Positions 21,133-31,600 of a stretch of DNA of 64,000 nucleotides are shown piece by piece. The notes under the pieces are model-generated. The model had not been told where the DNA came from. It ran no database searches and worked only from the letters and a program-made list of their open reading frames with translations. How positions within the stretch are numbered: the first letter of the stretch is position 1; every line of letters begins with the position of its first letter. The translations under genes and the position numbers were made by a program. Origin of the DNA: a bacterium (GTDB lineage Bacteria; Patescibacteriota; Patescibacteriia; UBA10025); contig JAKAGM010000001.1 in assembly GCA_021815445.1 (NCBI GenBank), positions 595,710 to 659,709 on the forward strand. The letters are read 5' to 3'.

Positions 21133-22206
21133 TTACAGTGACTGTGAGCGAAGCGCCACCCCCTGGCGGTCCTGTGCGTACTTGAGGGCTTCATCAAGCA
21201 ATACTTCTCCGGTCTTCACATATTGCGCGAGAGAATGATCCAGCGACATCATCCCCTCATCACGGGATGTCTGAATGATGTTGTTTAACACTGAGAAATT
21301 TCCTTCCCTGATGACGCTCCGCGCCGCGGCAGTTGCCACAAGAATTTCCGCGACCAGCACCCTGCCGCCTCCCACGCGCGGCACGAGCCGCTGCGAAATG
21401 ACGCCTTGTAATATCTCAGAAAGCTGCACCCGCGCTTCCTGCTGTTCGACATCGGGAAATGCGCTTAAAATATGTTCTATCGTCTTGACAGCGGTATCGG
21501 TATTCATCGCCCCCATGACCAGCCGGCCGGATGACGCGAGCACGAGCGCTGTCTTAATCGCTTCGGAATCCTCGAGGCTCGATGCCATCACGACATTGAC
21601 ATCTTCCTGCGTCGCCGACGAAAGCGCGCGGTCAAATGACGGTGTGTCGCGCCCGACTTCGCGCTGCTCGATGATGCTTTTTGCATTGACAAACAGATAC
21701 TCTATTGGCTGTTCGATGGTGAGGATGTACTCCTGTCGTTTCCTGTTAATCTCTTCAACCATAGCCGACAAGGTCGTCGAACGTCCGGAACCGAACGGGC
21801 CGCTCACAATTAGAAGACCGCGCGATAGGTCGGTAAAGCCCTCGACAACTGGTGGAAAATTAAAGTCCTTGAGAAGCGGAATGCTCACTCCGATATAACG
21901 GAGCGAAGCTGATACATATCCACGCTGGTAAAAGATATTCACCCTGAAACGCACATTTTTGTAAGGATATGCGGCGACTATTTCCCGCTCTCGGTCGAAA
22001 TATTTCCTCTGCTCCTCATTGAGCAGGATATCAAGAGTCCCCTTGAGAAACTCAGGCGTAAGGACGGGCAAGTCATTGAGCGGGACGAGCTTTGCGTCAA
22101 CGCGAAGAATAGGGGAACTGCCGACCACAAGATGAAGATCGGAGGCCTTGTATTCGGCCGCCGCCTCAAGCATGCGATGCAGTGCTAATTCTTCGCTGGT
22201 TTTCAT
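21133..22206 (-). CDS. PilT-like retraction-ATPase homolog with non-canonical Walker A (GPFGSGRSTT) and degenerate His box
   Basis: EQPIEY and QREVGRDTPSF match PilT. Walker A Lys is replaced by Arg (checked at DNA level: ggc-cgt-tcg). The His-box positions read GRLVMGAMNT instead of GHLVFxTLHT. Confidence 0.75.
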   Translation of the reverse strand: MKTSEELALHRMLEAAAEYKASDLHLVVGSSPILRVDAKLVPLNDLPVLTPEFLKGTLDILLNEEQRKYFDREREIVAAYPYKNVRFRVNIFYQRGYVSASLRYIGVSIPLLKDFNFPPVVEGFTDLSRGLLIVSGPFGSGRSTTLSAMVEEINRKRQEYILTIEQPIEYLFVNAKSIIEQREVGRDTPSFDRALSSATQEDVNVVMASSLEDSEAIKTALVLASSGRLVMGAMNTDTAVKTIEHILSAFPDVEQQEARVQLSEILQGVISQRLVPRVGGGRVLVAEILVATAAARSVIREGNFSVLNNIIQTSRDEGMMSLDHSLAQYVKTGEVLLDEALKYAQDRQGVALRSQSL

Positions 22207-22225
22207 AGGCGGGAGGAGCCAGGCA

Positions 22226-22648
22226 CTACGATTTCTTGACCAGCTTCTTTATCTTGTCCACAACTTCAGATGGCATAAAATGCGCTTTGATTAGGTAGTC
22301 GTCTGCGCCAAGTGAAAGGCCCCGGGTGACGTCTTCGCGCTGGCCGAGATTTGTCAGGAGAATCACTTTAGCGTCTTTTGCCTTCGGATCCTTCCTAATC
22401 TCTTTCAAAACGTCAAACCCGCTCATCTTTGGCAGGACGATGTCGAGTAAAACGATTTGCGGATGTTCTTTCTTATACACGGTTAGCCCCTGCTCCCCGT
22501 CAGATGCCAGCGCCACGGCAAAACCCTCCAGTGTGAGCTTGGTCACATACATGCCTGCGAGGAACGTATCATCCTCGACAAGAAGAACTTTAATGCTATT
22601 TTTTTGCGCCGCTGCGCCCGCTTTTTTCTTTGGCATAAAATTTAACAA
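22226..22648 (-). CDS. receiver-only response regulator (CheY/PilH-like)
   Basis: KVLLVEDDTFLAGMY...LLDIVLPKMSGFD...LLTNLGQRED; sits between the pilT-like gene and pilB. Confidence 0.8.
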   Translation of the reverse strand: MLNFMPKKKAGAAAQKNSIKVLLVEDDTFLAGMYVTKLTLEGFAVALASDGEQGLTVYKKEHPQIVLLDIVLPKMSGFDVLKEIRKDPKAKDAKVILLTNLGQREDVTRGLSLGADDYLIKAHFMPSEVVDKIKKLVKKS

Positions 22649-22663
22649 TGATTATACTAAAAA

Positions 22664-24415
22664 TTATTCTTTGGTGACACGGATAATTTCTTCAAGCGTC
22701 GTAACGCCGAGCAATGCTTTAAAAATCCCGTCCTGCTCCATGCTGAACATCCCTTGCGCCTGGGCTTCGGTGCGGATGGCGTCGATATTTGATCCGGAAG
22801 TGATTATTTTTTTGAATTTATCGGTTATCTCGAGAACTTCGGTAATGACAGTCCGGCCCTTGTAACCGAGGTTTTCGCACCGCGTGCATCCTTTACCGCG
22901 AAAAAATTTGAGCGGGCGTTTCAGTGAAACTCCTTCGGGCAGTTTGTCTTTCGGCAATTCGGAAACTTTTTTGAATGCATACTCCTCCATGGGGGAAGGA
23001 ACCGCCAGCTCTTCCTTGCAATGCACGCATATTTTTCTGACAAGCCGCTGTGCGGCGACGAGCGAAAGCGACGAGGCTATCAAAAACGGCTCTATCTTCA
23101 TATCGATCAGGCGGGGGATGGCTCCGAAAGAGTCATTCGTATGCAAAGTGGAGAACACCAAGTGTCCGGTGAGCGCGGCGTGGACGGCAAGCTCTGCCGT
23201 TTCATTGTCGCGAATTTCACCGACCATGACGATATCGGGATCTTGGCGGAGGATCGCGCGAAGTCCGGAAGCGAATGTCAGGCCGACTTCGGGTTTCACC
23301 TGGGATTGGTTAACTCCGTCGATATAGTACTCTACGGGATCCTCAAGCGTAACGATATTCACCCCTTCTTCGTTCACGATAGTGAGGAGCGCCGAGAGCG
23401 TAGTGGATTTTCCTGAGCCGGTAGGCCCGGTCATCAGTATCATACCGACGCTTTTATCGACGCTTTGCTGCATCATCTTGAGATTTTGGCCGGTAAACCC
23501 GAGCTGTTCGAGATCGAGCATAACCGCGCTCCTGTCCAAGATGCGCATCACTACCTTTTCGTTGTTGATCAGGGGCAGTGTGGAGACGCGATAATCGATG
23601 TTCCTGCCTTCGAACTCAGTACGGAACCTTCCGTCCTGCGGAATGCGGGTTTCGTCAAGCTTGAGGTTGGACAATACTTTAATGCGGGCGACTATTGAAG
23701 CATGGACATACTTCGGCAAGACAATGGAAGTATGGAGGACTCCGTCGATACGGTATCGGACGCGTGTTTCATTCTCGACGGGCTCTATGTGGATATCCGA
23801 AGCATTGCCCTCCACCGCGTGGCGGAGGATGACGGAGACCATCTTAGATACCGGGGCTGTTTTTACTACCTCCTCAAACCCTTTTCCGCTATCCTCTTTC
23901 TCCATCTCCTTCGCTTCCTCTTCCTCTTTGTCGGTCGATTCCAGCGCCTCTTCCACTTCGGCAGACAGCGTCGCATATTGCCGGAAGAGCTGTCTGAACC
24001 CATTGAGTGATACAATATAGGTATGAATGCGGAGATTGCTTTTGCGGGCCAGAAATTCGAGGGCTTCGAGAGCTTTGAAATTCGTCGGGTCAACCATGGC
24101 GATATCCACTTCATTCCCCTTCTGATTAAAGACGATCATCTCGTAATTTTCAGAGAGGTCCCGGGGAATAACCTGCACTACGTGGCGCGAAATGGACTTG
24201 CCGAATAAGTCAACGTACGGGATACCGAGCAGTTCGCTTTTGGCGCGGGTAATATCCTCATCGGTGATAGTATTTTGGTGCTGCATCAAATCGAGAACAT
24301 TCTTCTTTTCCTGCTTCGCGCGGGCGACAAACTGTTCAACCTCCTGGTCGGGAAGTTGTTTTTGTCGAATGATAATCTCCAAAAGTTGTTGCTCTTGTTC
24401 CTGTACTTTCTTCAT
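22664..24415 (-). CDS. pilB: type IV pilus assembly ATPase (GspE family)
   Basis: N-terminal T2SSE_N-like domain, Walker A GPTGSGKSTT, tetracysteine CVHC...CTRC. Confidence 0.9.
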   Translation of the reverse strand: MKKVQEQEQQLLEIIIRQKQLPDQEVEQFVARAKQEKKNVLDLMQHQNTITDEDITRAKSELLGIPYVDLFGKSISRHVVQVIPRDLSENYEMIVFNQKGNEVDIAMVDPTNFKALEALEFLARKSNLRIHTYIVSLNGFRQLFRQYATLSAEVEEALESTDKEEEEAKEMEKEDSGKGFEEVVKTAPVSKMVSVILRHAVEGNASDIHIEPVENETRVRYRIDGVLHTSIVLPKYVHASIVARIKVLSNLKLDETRIPQDGRFRTEFEGRNIDYRVSTLPLINNEKVVMRILDRSAVMLDLEQLGFTGQNLKMMQQSVDKSVGMILMTGPTGSGKSTTLSALLTIVNEEGVNIVTLEDPVEYYIDGVNQSQVKPEVGLTFASGLRAILRQDPDIVMVGEIRDNETAELAVHAALTGHLVFSTLHTNDSFGAIPRLIDMKIEPFLIASSLSLVAAQRLVRKICVHCKEELAVPSPMEEYAFKKVSELPKDKLPEGVSLKRPLKFFRGKGCTRCENLGYKGRTVITEVLEITDKFKKIITSGSNIDAIRTEAQAQGMFSMEQDGIFKALLGVTTLEEIIRVTKE

Positions 24416-24424
24416 ATGATGGCC

Positions 24425-25339
24425 TTAAAACTGGACAGGAATGAATGGGTTCACATTACCTGAACTCTGGTAGAGGAGGCCCAGTGACTCATTCCCTGAT
24501 CCGTCCGTCGCAGTTACCGTATAATAATACGTGACACCGGGAGTAACCGTCGTATCGGTATAGCTTGTATCTTTGATCGGCTGACTGTTTAGCAGAGTGC
24601 CGAGAACGCCCGCGGTTGTCGATCGGTATATTTTCACGGAAACAAAATCGTCGTTCGTGGGATTGACCCATGATAACTCCACTGTCGAGCCGTCACCGCC
24701 ATTGACCACTTTGACATTTGACGGCGGATTGGGCGGCATAGCGTCTGTCGCCACCCCGCGAACCCGAGTGACATTTTGTGATTCCACTCCCCCTGCTTGT
24801 TGCTGGGCACCGCCCCCCTTGGCAACAGTTTTTACCAAGTAATAGTACGACACGCCGTTGAGCACTGTCGCATCCTCAAACGACTTCACTTTGGCCGAAA
24901 CCTCTCCAAGAAGCTCAGGGGTCTCGATTTCACTGGTCGCCCGATACACGCGTATGCTTTGGGCTCCGCTGTCTTCGGGCATGTCCCAGAGCACGTTGAG
25001 CACATTGCCTATTGCCGCGTCCTGGACCGTGATGTTGATCGGCGGAAGCGGAAAAGCAACGTTGCGCGCGGTGACCCCTTCCTGCGGGGTAAAGGACGTT
25101 GCGCCCTGCGAGGTCATTCTCACGAAACGATCATCCTGAAAAATATCCGTGTTAACCGTGGGAATCCGCACAGCCCTGCTTGCAGACTGTTGTTCGACAG
25201 TGCCTATTGTGGCAGTCGTCGATGTTGACTGGGACATATTGTTGAAGACAAACCAAAGGGTAACCCCAAGCACGAGCGCACCGAGTGCTACAAAAAGTAT
25301 ATTTCTTTTCTTTGAGTCAATGTGTCGCTGTATGAGCAT
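24425..25339 (-). CDS. membrane-anchored protein with two fibronectin-III-like domains
   Basis: N-terminal TM helix; FN3-like strands (GVSYYYLVKTV; GVTYYYTVTATDGSGNES). Confidence 0.55.
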   Translation of the reverse strand: MLIQRHIDSKKRNILFVALGALVLGVTLWFVFNNMSQSTSTTATIGTVEQQSASRAVRIPTVNTDIFQDDRFVRMTSQGATSFTPQEGVTARNVAFPLPPINITVQDAAIGNVLNVLWDMPEDSGAQSIRVYRATSEIETPELLGEVSAKVKSFEDATVLNGVSYYYLVKTVAKGGGAQQQAGGVESQNVTRVRGVATDAMPPNPPSNVKVVNGGDGSTVELSWVNPTNDDFVSVKIYRSTTAGVLGTLLNSQPIKDTSYTDTTVTPGVTYYYTVTATDGSGNESLGLLYQSSGNVNPFIPVQF

Positions 25340-25354
25340 AGGTATTGGCGAGGA

Positions 25355-25960
25355 TTACTTCGAGGCAGATCCCACCGTCGTGTAGTACGTGGTGAGTATG
25401 AGGCTGTAGTTCTGTGTCGTCGGCCTGTATGAAATAGAAGAAATGTCGAGGATCCGCAGATTTTGCTCAATGGCCGCCAGGAATGCCTTGAGTTGCGGAT
25501 ATGTTTCGATGCCATTGACGGTGATTGAGATATCGAGCCGGCGGATAGTACCGGAATCCTTTTGGCCTGCTGCGGGAATAAATGTTGATTCATTGATGTC
25601 AAACCCGGAAACGGCAAGCCCGAGTTTTTCGATGAGCGCAGGCACGTCAACCATAAGCTGCGGAACATCTTTTTCGTTCGGCAGGGCCCTCTGTAGCAGC
25701 GATAACTGCTCCGTACTGATGTGATCGTAGGCATTCTTCGCGACCGTAAGTCCCTGCAACTCACCCTGCAAACTCTTGAGCGTCTGCTCGCGAACCGTCT
25801 TGCCCTGGAGACCGACATCGCGCAGAGTTGTTATTTTTGGCAGGATAACTGTGACAAGACCCAAACCGAGGATACCTATGACAAAAACGATAATAAAAAC
25901 AGCTGAATGCGCGACGAGCACTTTTTGAATCTTTTTTATTATGTCTTTGAGAGAGTTCAT
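25355..25960 (-). CDS. pilO: PilO-like type IV pilus assembly protein
   Basis: N-terminal TM helix, coiled coil, then periplasmic domain; position after pilN. Confidence 0.6.
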   Translation of the reverse strand: MNSLKDIIKKIQKVLVAHSAVFIIVFVIGILGLGLVTVILPKITTLRDVGLQGKTVREQTLKSLQGELQGLTVAKNAYDHISTEQLSLLQRALPNEKDVPQLMVDVPALIEKLGLAVSGFDINESTFIPAAGQKDSGTIRRLDISITVNGIETYPQLKAFLAAIEQNLRILDISSISYRPTTQNYSLILTTYYTTVGSASK

Positions 25961-25969
25961 CTGTCGTGG

Positions 25970-27445
25970 TTATTTTTGGATGAAGAGCGACTTGGCTACA
26001 TGGATGGCAATTGTGAAGTTGTATCCCGATATCTTCCCCGTCGTGGGATCGGCCATCGGCGACAATGAACTGATGGTCGCGTCTGTCGCAAAATCCGTCG
26101 CGTGCTTGAGGAGAACATATTGTCGGGCAACAGTGACGTTGTCCTTGCCAACGGCATTCAGAGAAACGGTTCCTGCCGTATCGACAGCTATCGACGTATA
26201 ATATACGTCGGGTAGCGTGTTCTGTTCCAGGAGGGTAAAGAACGCTCCCCAGTGAACATGAGAATTGATGAGCGTGGTGACATCGTCGATATGCCTGCGA
26301 AGCGTTTCTGATTGGGTTCGGAATGTGTCGAATGTCTTTATCTGGCCATTGACTGTGGCAATCTGCTTGTCTATTGAAGCAGTCTGCCCCACAATCATTC
26401 GCTGATAAATAAAAAGTCCCAAATAAGCAAAAATGACGACCATGAGCGATGCGGCAACAGCCAGCCCGATCTGCATCAGTCTCCGCCGAGGCTGAGTGAC
26501 ATCCAAAATCTCCAACGGCACCAGATTGACATTCCTCAGCTTGCCTTTTTCCAGGACAGGCGCGTCAGTATATCCGCGAGGAGCCTCCTGCATTTCCTTT
26601 TTTCTCGGGGGCTGGCCTTCGGCAGAAACAGGCGACTGAGGGGGTTTCTGCGGAGGAACCGGCGGTACAAAGGGAGTTTGGGCAACTGCCGCAGCCGGCG
26701 GGGGTACGACAGCCCTGGGAGGGACAGGAGGAAACGGTACAGCTGGTGGTCGGGAAAGAGGCGGGATCGGTTGTTTTGCGATTTGGGCAGGAACCGACGG
26801 ACGCATGCGCGGAGCAAACATTTTTTTAAACCAAGCGGTGAAACGGCTCCAAAGAGACGGGCCCTTCGGTTGGAGGGGACGCTGTTTTTTCGGAGCTTTT
26901 TGCACAACCACTTCTTTTTTTGGCGATTGCGCTTCCACAGGACGGTACGCGGGGGCGGGAGGAATTCTGGCAGGCGGAGTCTGAGGGACCCAGACTGTTT
27001 TTTTCTGAGGAGTAGGCGGAACAGACGCCTGTTGGGGTCGAATAGGCGGAGGAGGCGGGACGGGATGGAACTCCGGTTGTACCGTCGATCCCGCGGGCTC
27101 AGTGTGTGTTCGCTGAAACGGCGCTTCTGCAGAGACCGGCGTCTCGGAAACCACGGTGGCTTCCTTTTCCTTCTTCATTGAAAATTTTATTTGAGGTCGC
27201 GACGGGGCCGGTGCGGCGGCAGATTGTTTCTGTCTTTGCGGAGGAGTGTACTTTGGAAATGAGGCATTTTGCGCAACGGGCTTCGGACGCCTAAAAACAC
27301 CTTTGAAAAATTGAATAACGCCGCCTGTCTTTTTTTTTGGCGCTTCAAGCGTATCCGGCTTGGTCATTTCTATTACCACCGGATTCATTTTGTCTTTTTT
27401 ATCGCCTCTCTCCTTAGAGGGCAAGAGGTTAATTTCAGACGGCAT
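25970..27445 (-). CDS. pilN: PilN-like protein with about 300-aa Pro/Ala-rich insertion
   Basis: N-terminal MPSEINLLPSKE (PilM-binding INLLP motif). Then a long low-complexity Pro-rich tract, a TM helix LMQIGLAVAASLMVVIFAYLGLFIY and a PilN-like periplasmic domain. Confidence 0.65.
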   Translation of the reverse strand: MPSEINLLPSKERGDKKDKMNPVVIEMTKPDTLEAPKKKTGGVIQFFKGVFRRPKPVAQNASFPKYTPPQRQKQSAAAPAPSRPQIKFSMKKEKEATVVSETPVSAEAPFQRTHTEPAGSTVQPEFHPVPPPPPIRPQQASVPPTPQKKTVWVPQTPPARIPPAPAYRPVEAQSPKKEVVVQKAPKKQRPLQPKGPSLWSRFTAWFKKMFAPRMRPSVPAQIAKQPIPPLSRPPAVPFPPVPPRAVVPPPAAAVAQTPFVPPVPPQKPPQSPVSAEGQPPRKKEMQEAPRGYTDAPVLEKGKLRNVNLVPLEILDVTQPRRRLMQIGLAVAASLMVVIFAYLGLFIYQRMIVGQTASIDKQIATVNGQIKTFDTFRTQSETLRRHIDDVTTLINSHVHWGAFFTLLEQNTLPDVYYTSIAVDTAGTVSLNAVGKDNVTVARQYVLLKHATDFATDATISSLSPMADPTTGKISGYNFTIAIHVAKSLFIQK

Positions 27446-27454
27446 ACAAAAATA

Positions 27455-28546
27455 TTAGCCGATCTCGCGCATGGCTAAACCTATGGCGACAGACAGCCGC
27501 GGACCCAGCTCCTGGAGCACCGAGCGCAGGTCTACAGGATAACTGATGTGGCCCCATGGATCGCCGACAAACACTTTTACCTGAAAAATGGAATTGAGGT
27601 ACTGGGGAAGGTTGACGAGAAACGCCGAACCGCCCGCAAGGATGATTTTTTCGAGCGGAGCGTCAGTCTGGTTCCTGAAGATATTGAGCACATACCGGAT
27701 TTCATTAATGATAGAGCTCGTGACGAACTCGATGGTTTTGGGGATCTTTTCGTTCCCCTGCCCGCCCATGGTGAGCCCGAAATCGCGCTTGAACTGCTCC
27801 GCGCGATCGGCGTCGACGTTGAGCGTCCTCATGATAGTCTCAGTAATGCTATTTCCCCCCACATCGATGCTCCTGGTCAGGATAGGAATGCTTTCTTTGA
27901 ATATCATGATACTGGTGACTTTTGAACCGATATCGACAATCATTACGGGAGAAGGATCGTTGCCTATCAGCGCGCGCTCGAGCGCGAAAGCTTCGGTTTC
28001 AAGGCCGACGAGCTGTAGCTCAGCCTGCTTGAAAATGTTTACATACCTTTCTACGAGGACTTTCGGAGCGGCAGTGAGCAGGACCCTGATGTCCTTCCTG
28101 CCTGCTGTCCCCGCGACTTCTTTGTCCTTGTCATCGGCGGCGGGTTTTTTCTTGACCGGCTCCTGCACGACTTCCCAGTCTAGGATCATTTCCTCGAGCG
28201 GCATGGGAACGAATTTTTTCGCTTCCCAGCGGACTGCGGACATTAAATCTTTTTTTGACATCTCAGGCAGAGAGATGATGGAGCTGAAAACGGAAAAACT
28301 CGGCAATGCCGAGACTACCCTTGTCGTGCTGACCCTCGCTTTTTTCATGACCTCCTGCAAGAGTTTCACCGCATCGCCCTGCGCCTGTGCGGCATCGCTT
28401 TTGATGATGTCCGCCGCCGACTCGATAAAACCATAGGTGACCAATTGGGGTCGCCCGGCTTCATTGCGTAATTCTACGGCTTTTACCGATGATCCGCTGA
28501 GATCAATACCTACCGCATTTTGTATTTTTTTGCCAAATAAAGCCAT
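27455..28546 (-). CDS. pilM: PilM (actin-like ATPase of type IV pilus)
   Basis: GIDLSGSSVKAVEL... with an actin/FtsA-like fold pattern, followed by pilN. Confidence 0.85.
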   Translation of the reverse strand: MALFGKKIQNAVGIDLSGSSVKAVELRNEAGRPQLVTYGFIESAADIIKSDAAQAQGDAVKLLQEVMKKARVSTTRVVSALPSFSVFSSIISLPEMSKKDLMSAVRWEAKKFVPMPLEEMILDWEVVQEPVKKKPAADDKDKEVAGTAGRKDIRVLLTAAPKVLVERYVNIFKQAELQLVGLETEAFALERALIGNDPSPVMIVDIGSKVTSIMIFKESIPILTRSIDVGGNSITETIMRTLNVDADRAEQFKRDFGLTMGGQGNEKIPKTIEFVTSSIINEIRYVLNIFRNQTDAPLEKIILAGGSAFLVNLPQYLNSIFQVKVFVGDPWGHISYPVDLRSVLQELGPRLSVAIGLAMREIG

Positions 28547-28630
28547 ACTTTGTTTCTATTATAACAGATTTTTCGAGTTAATGCAAGCCCGATTTCCAAT
28601 TTTGTTGGACCGAAGCCGCACCTGCCGAAC

Positions 28631-31600
28631 TTACGGCCTTACCTGCTGAAACTTCGGCAAAGACTGTGAAAGATCCTGGACGCCATTAGGCGGATTTGCG
28701 AGCAGACGTCCGTCATTGGTGAATAACTCGGAGGGGTCAGTGACACTTTGCGTGCCCGCCGGACCGAACCATGTACGGTTCAGATTAAACTTTCTGGCGA
28801 GAACTACTCCTTGCACCTTGAGCTGGTTTTTGCCGCATGCGCTTGAGTCAGCCGGGAGATAACATGTATTAAAGATGCCCTTGGTTGACGTAGTATCATT
28901 GATCCCCGTGATAAAGGATCCGGCGAGGTTGGTCACTGTTGAATATACATTGACATCATCCGTGGTTGTGATCCAGAGCGCGGATGCCAATTGTTTAATA
29001 GTTGCCGGAGCCGTGGAATCATAGCTGATGCCGGCATTCACACCTGATTCGCGGAAGCTGACGCCTTTTGAAACGACAATGCCGGCTCCGCTTGTCGCAC
29101 CGTTTTTGATTGTATGCGAATAGCTGACACTAAGTATTGCATTAGGATAGTAATAGGCCTTACCGTCGAGGCTGATATCGTTAGACAATAAGAGGGGGTG
29201 AAGGCCGCTAAAATGATCGACACGACTGCCATCATTAGTATGCCTGATGACGACCTCGGCGCCATAAGCATTTAACCCATTGCCATCATTACTGCACCAG
29301 TTTTTAGAAGGATCATACGTTCCGGGTGGCTGAACATACGTGTAACAGGTTGGATCGTTAATACCATGGCCCTGGCCATCCATATTATCACAGCTCAAAG
29401 GTGATACTACGGGAGTAAGATTGCCGTTGACATCAGCAACCTTACATCCGCTTACTACCCTTGTTATTTTATCCAGATCAAGTTTGCCGAGCGCATTTTG
29501 GTACTGACTGGTAATGCCCGGATAACCATATGTCCCTACGTTCGGCTGAAGGTAGGTGAGACTGCCACCCGCCGGCGGATTGTCTACTCCTCCCTGGCTC
29601 GAGGCGCCCGGCCCGTAACCCCCGGCAGAGGAAATAAAGGGCGCGATCGTGCCGCCGGCCTGTATTAAATACGTCGCGGTGTACTGCTGGTTCGTGGCTG
29701 TGGGCGGCGCGGGAATGGTGATATTCCCCTGTCCATAGATGTCGCCGGCTTTTGTCTGGACATACGGGAACCCCAGGAAACGGAACGGCAGGAATTGTAT
29801 CCAGCCGAACTGCTGGGAATAAGCAAAATCAAAGAGCTCGTATGCGCCCTTATCCCCGAGATATTGCATGCCGGTGGAATACGATCCTGACTGGGTGGCG
29901 AGCCGCACGCTTGGCGCCGGAACAGTTGTCAGTAGGTGACTTTTAGTTGCTGCTGTGCTTAAAGTGAATGAGGTTGCATCCTTAGTCGAGTATGCAATCG
30001 TCTCCTGGTTTGCGCCCGGCTCTATGAGCAAACTGCTTGCTACCGGAAATCCCACGGTAGAAACAACATGAGCGATCAAGTCACCGATATTCAAGTTTTG
30101 GACATTTAATAGTGTCGACTTGTTATTAGTCCATGTCCCGCCCAAACGGACCCAGCCCCATTCGCACGCATTGACGCCTGCTACGGCCGGATAACAGTCT
30201 TTATCCACCTGTCCGTCAACGAAACTTCCGTCCAGCTTCTCTCCCTCTTCCTTTGTACTCATCACGCGTGCCCATCCGACAAGACTATTCGTATCCGGAT
30301 TGAACTTAGCAATAGTCCCTGCTGCAGGGAAAGGATAGCTCGGATCCGGAGAGTTCGGGTTGCATCGCGGGTCTTGGTCTTCTTTAAAGCGCTTCTCGAT
30401 CCGCCAACCATCGCCCTGATGATTTCCAACTATATAAATAAATGCTCCATCGACAGTAATGCCATTGGGATATTTACTGTTGTTATCAGAGTTAACAAAT
30501 CCGCCCGGAGCAGGAGGATTCCCGAACGTCGAATCAGGGGCTCCGTCGGTAAGACGATATTTTTCGACGCGGAAGTGTGTGCCAGGGTTATTAATATTTC
30601 CTGTCACGTACATATATACTCCGTCCGTCGCAATGCTCGACGCCTCATATTGATCACCCGCGCTCGTCACTACCCCGCCCGTACCAAATTCAGTGCCGCT
30701 GCAATTCGCCGCGGTACAGAGAGCGCCGGTAGTTAGGGATCGCTTCTCAATGCGCCAGTCGTAAGTACTACTCCCAATAACTTTCCCGACAACGTACAAT
30801 GCGTTGAGGTTTGTATCTATAGCGAGGGAATTAGCTTCTCTGCCGGCCACCGGCTCGACAATACCGTTGCCATCGAAATTCGTTACGAGAGCGCCGGTAT
30901 CAAGCCGCCGCTTCTCGATGCGCCATCCGCTTCCGATGACATACATATATGTGCCGTCAATAGCAATCCCGTATGGTGTTTGGCTGATCGCTTCTGTGAT
31001 GACACCGTCGCCGTCGAATGCCGTTACGAGAGTACCGTCATCAAGCCGCCGTTTCTCAATGTTCCAACCATCATCCCCCACCACATACATGTATGTTGAA
31101 TCAATTGCAATAGAGAATGCCGTGTTTGTAGATGGCGTAGAACTAACTAGGATTCCGTCGCCGTCGAATGCGGTATCAAGACTGCCGTCGGAAAGGCGCC
31201 GTTTCTCAATGAGCCAATGGTGATCACCAGTGTCCGAATAACCATCTCCGACGATGTACATAAACTCATGGTCAATGGCAACATCTTTGATATAGTCACT
31301 ATTGTCTCCTCCTTTTATGACTCCATTATTATCCTTACCGAAGGAGTTCACGAGGGTACCATCAGCGAGGCGACGTTTTTCTATTCTCCATTTCGCGTGC
31401 GTCTCATCTTCTCCGACTACGTAAATATAATTTTCATCAATAACAGTAGCGGCCTCAACAGAATAGGTGGTTGTCGGCGGCTCGTCTATGATTCCACCCT
31501 GACCGAAACTCGGATCAAGCGCTCCGCCTTCAGGCGCGGGATCGGTGCAATCGGTAGCAGGCGTATAATTAAAGGTGATCCACCCCACATTTGGCGACCA

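Noticed and set aside
26536-27181. Arg-rich ORFs on both strands (123 and 167 aa)
   Set aside because: Compositional artefacts of the Pro-rich (CCN-rich) tract inside pilN. No independent signals.
27588-28436. 282-aa plus-strand ORF
   Set aside because: Antisense shadow ORF of pilM; Ser/Thr/Cys-rich with low complexity.
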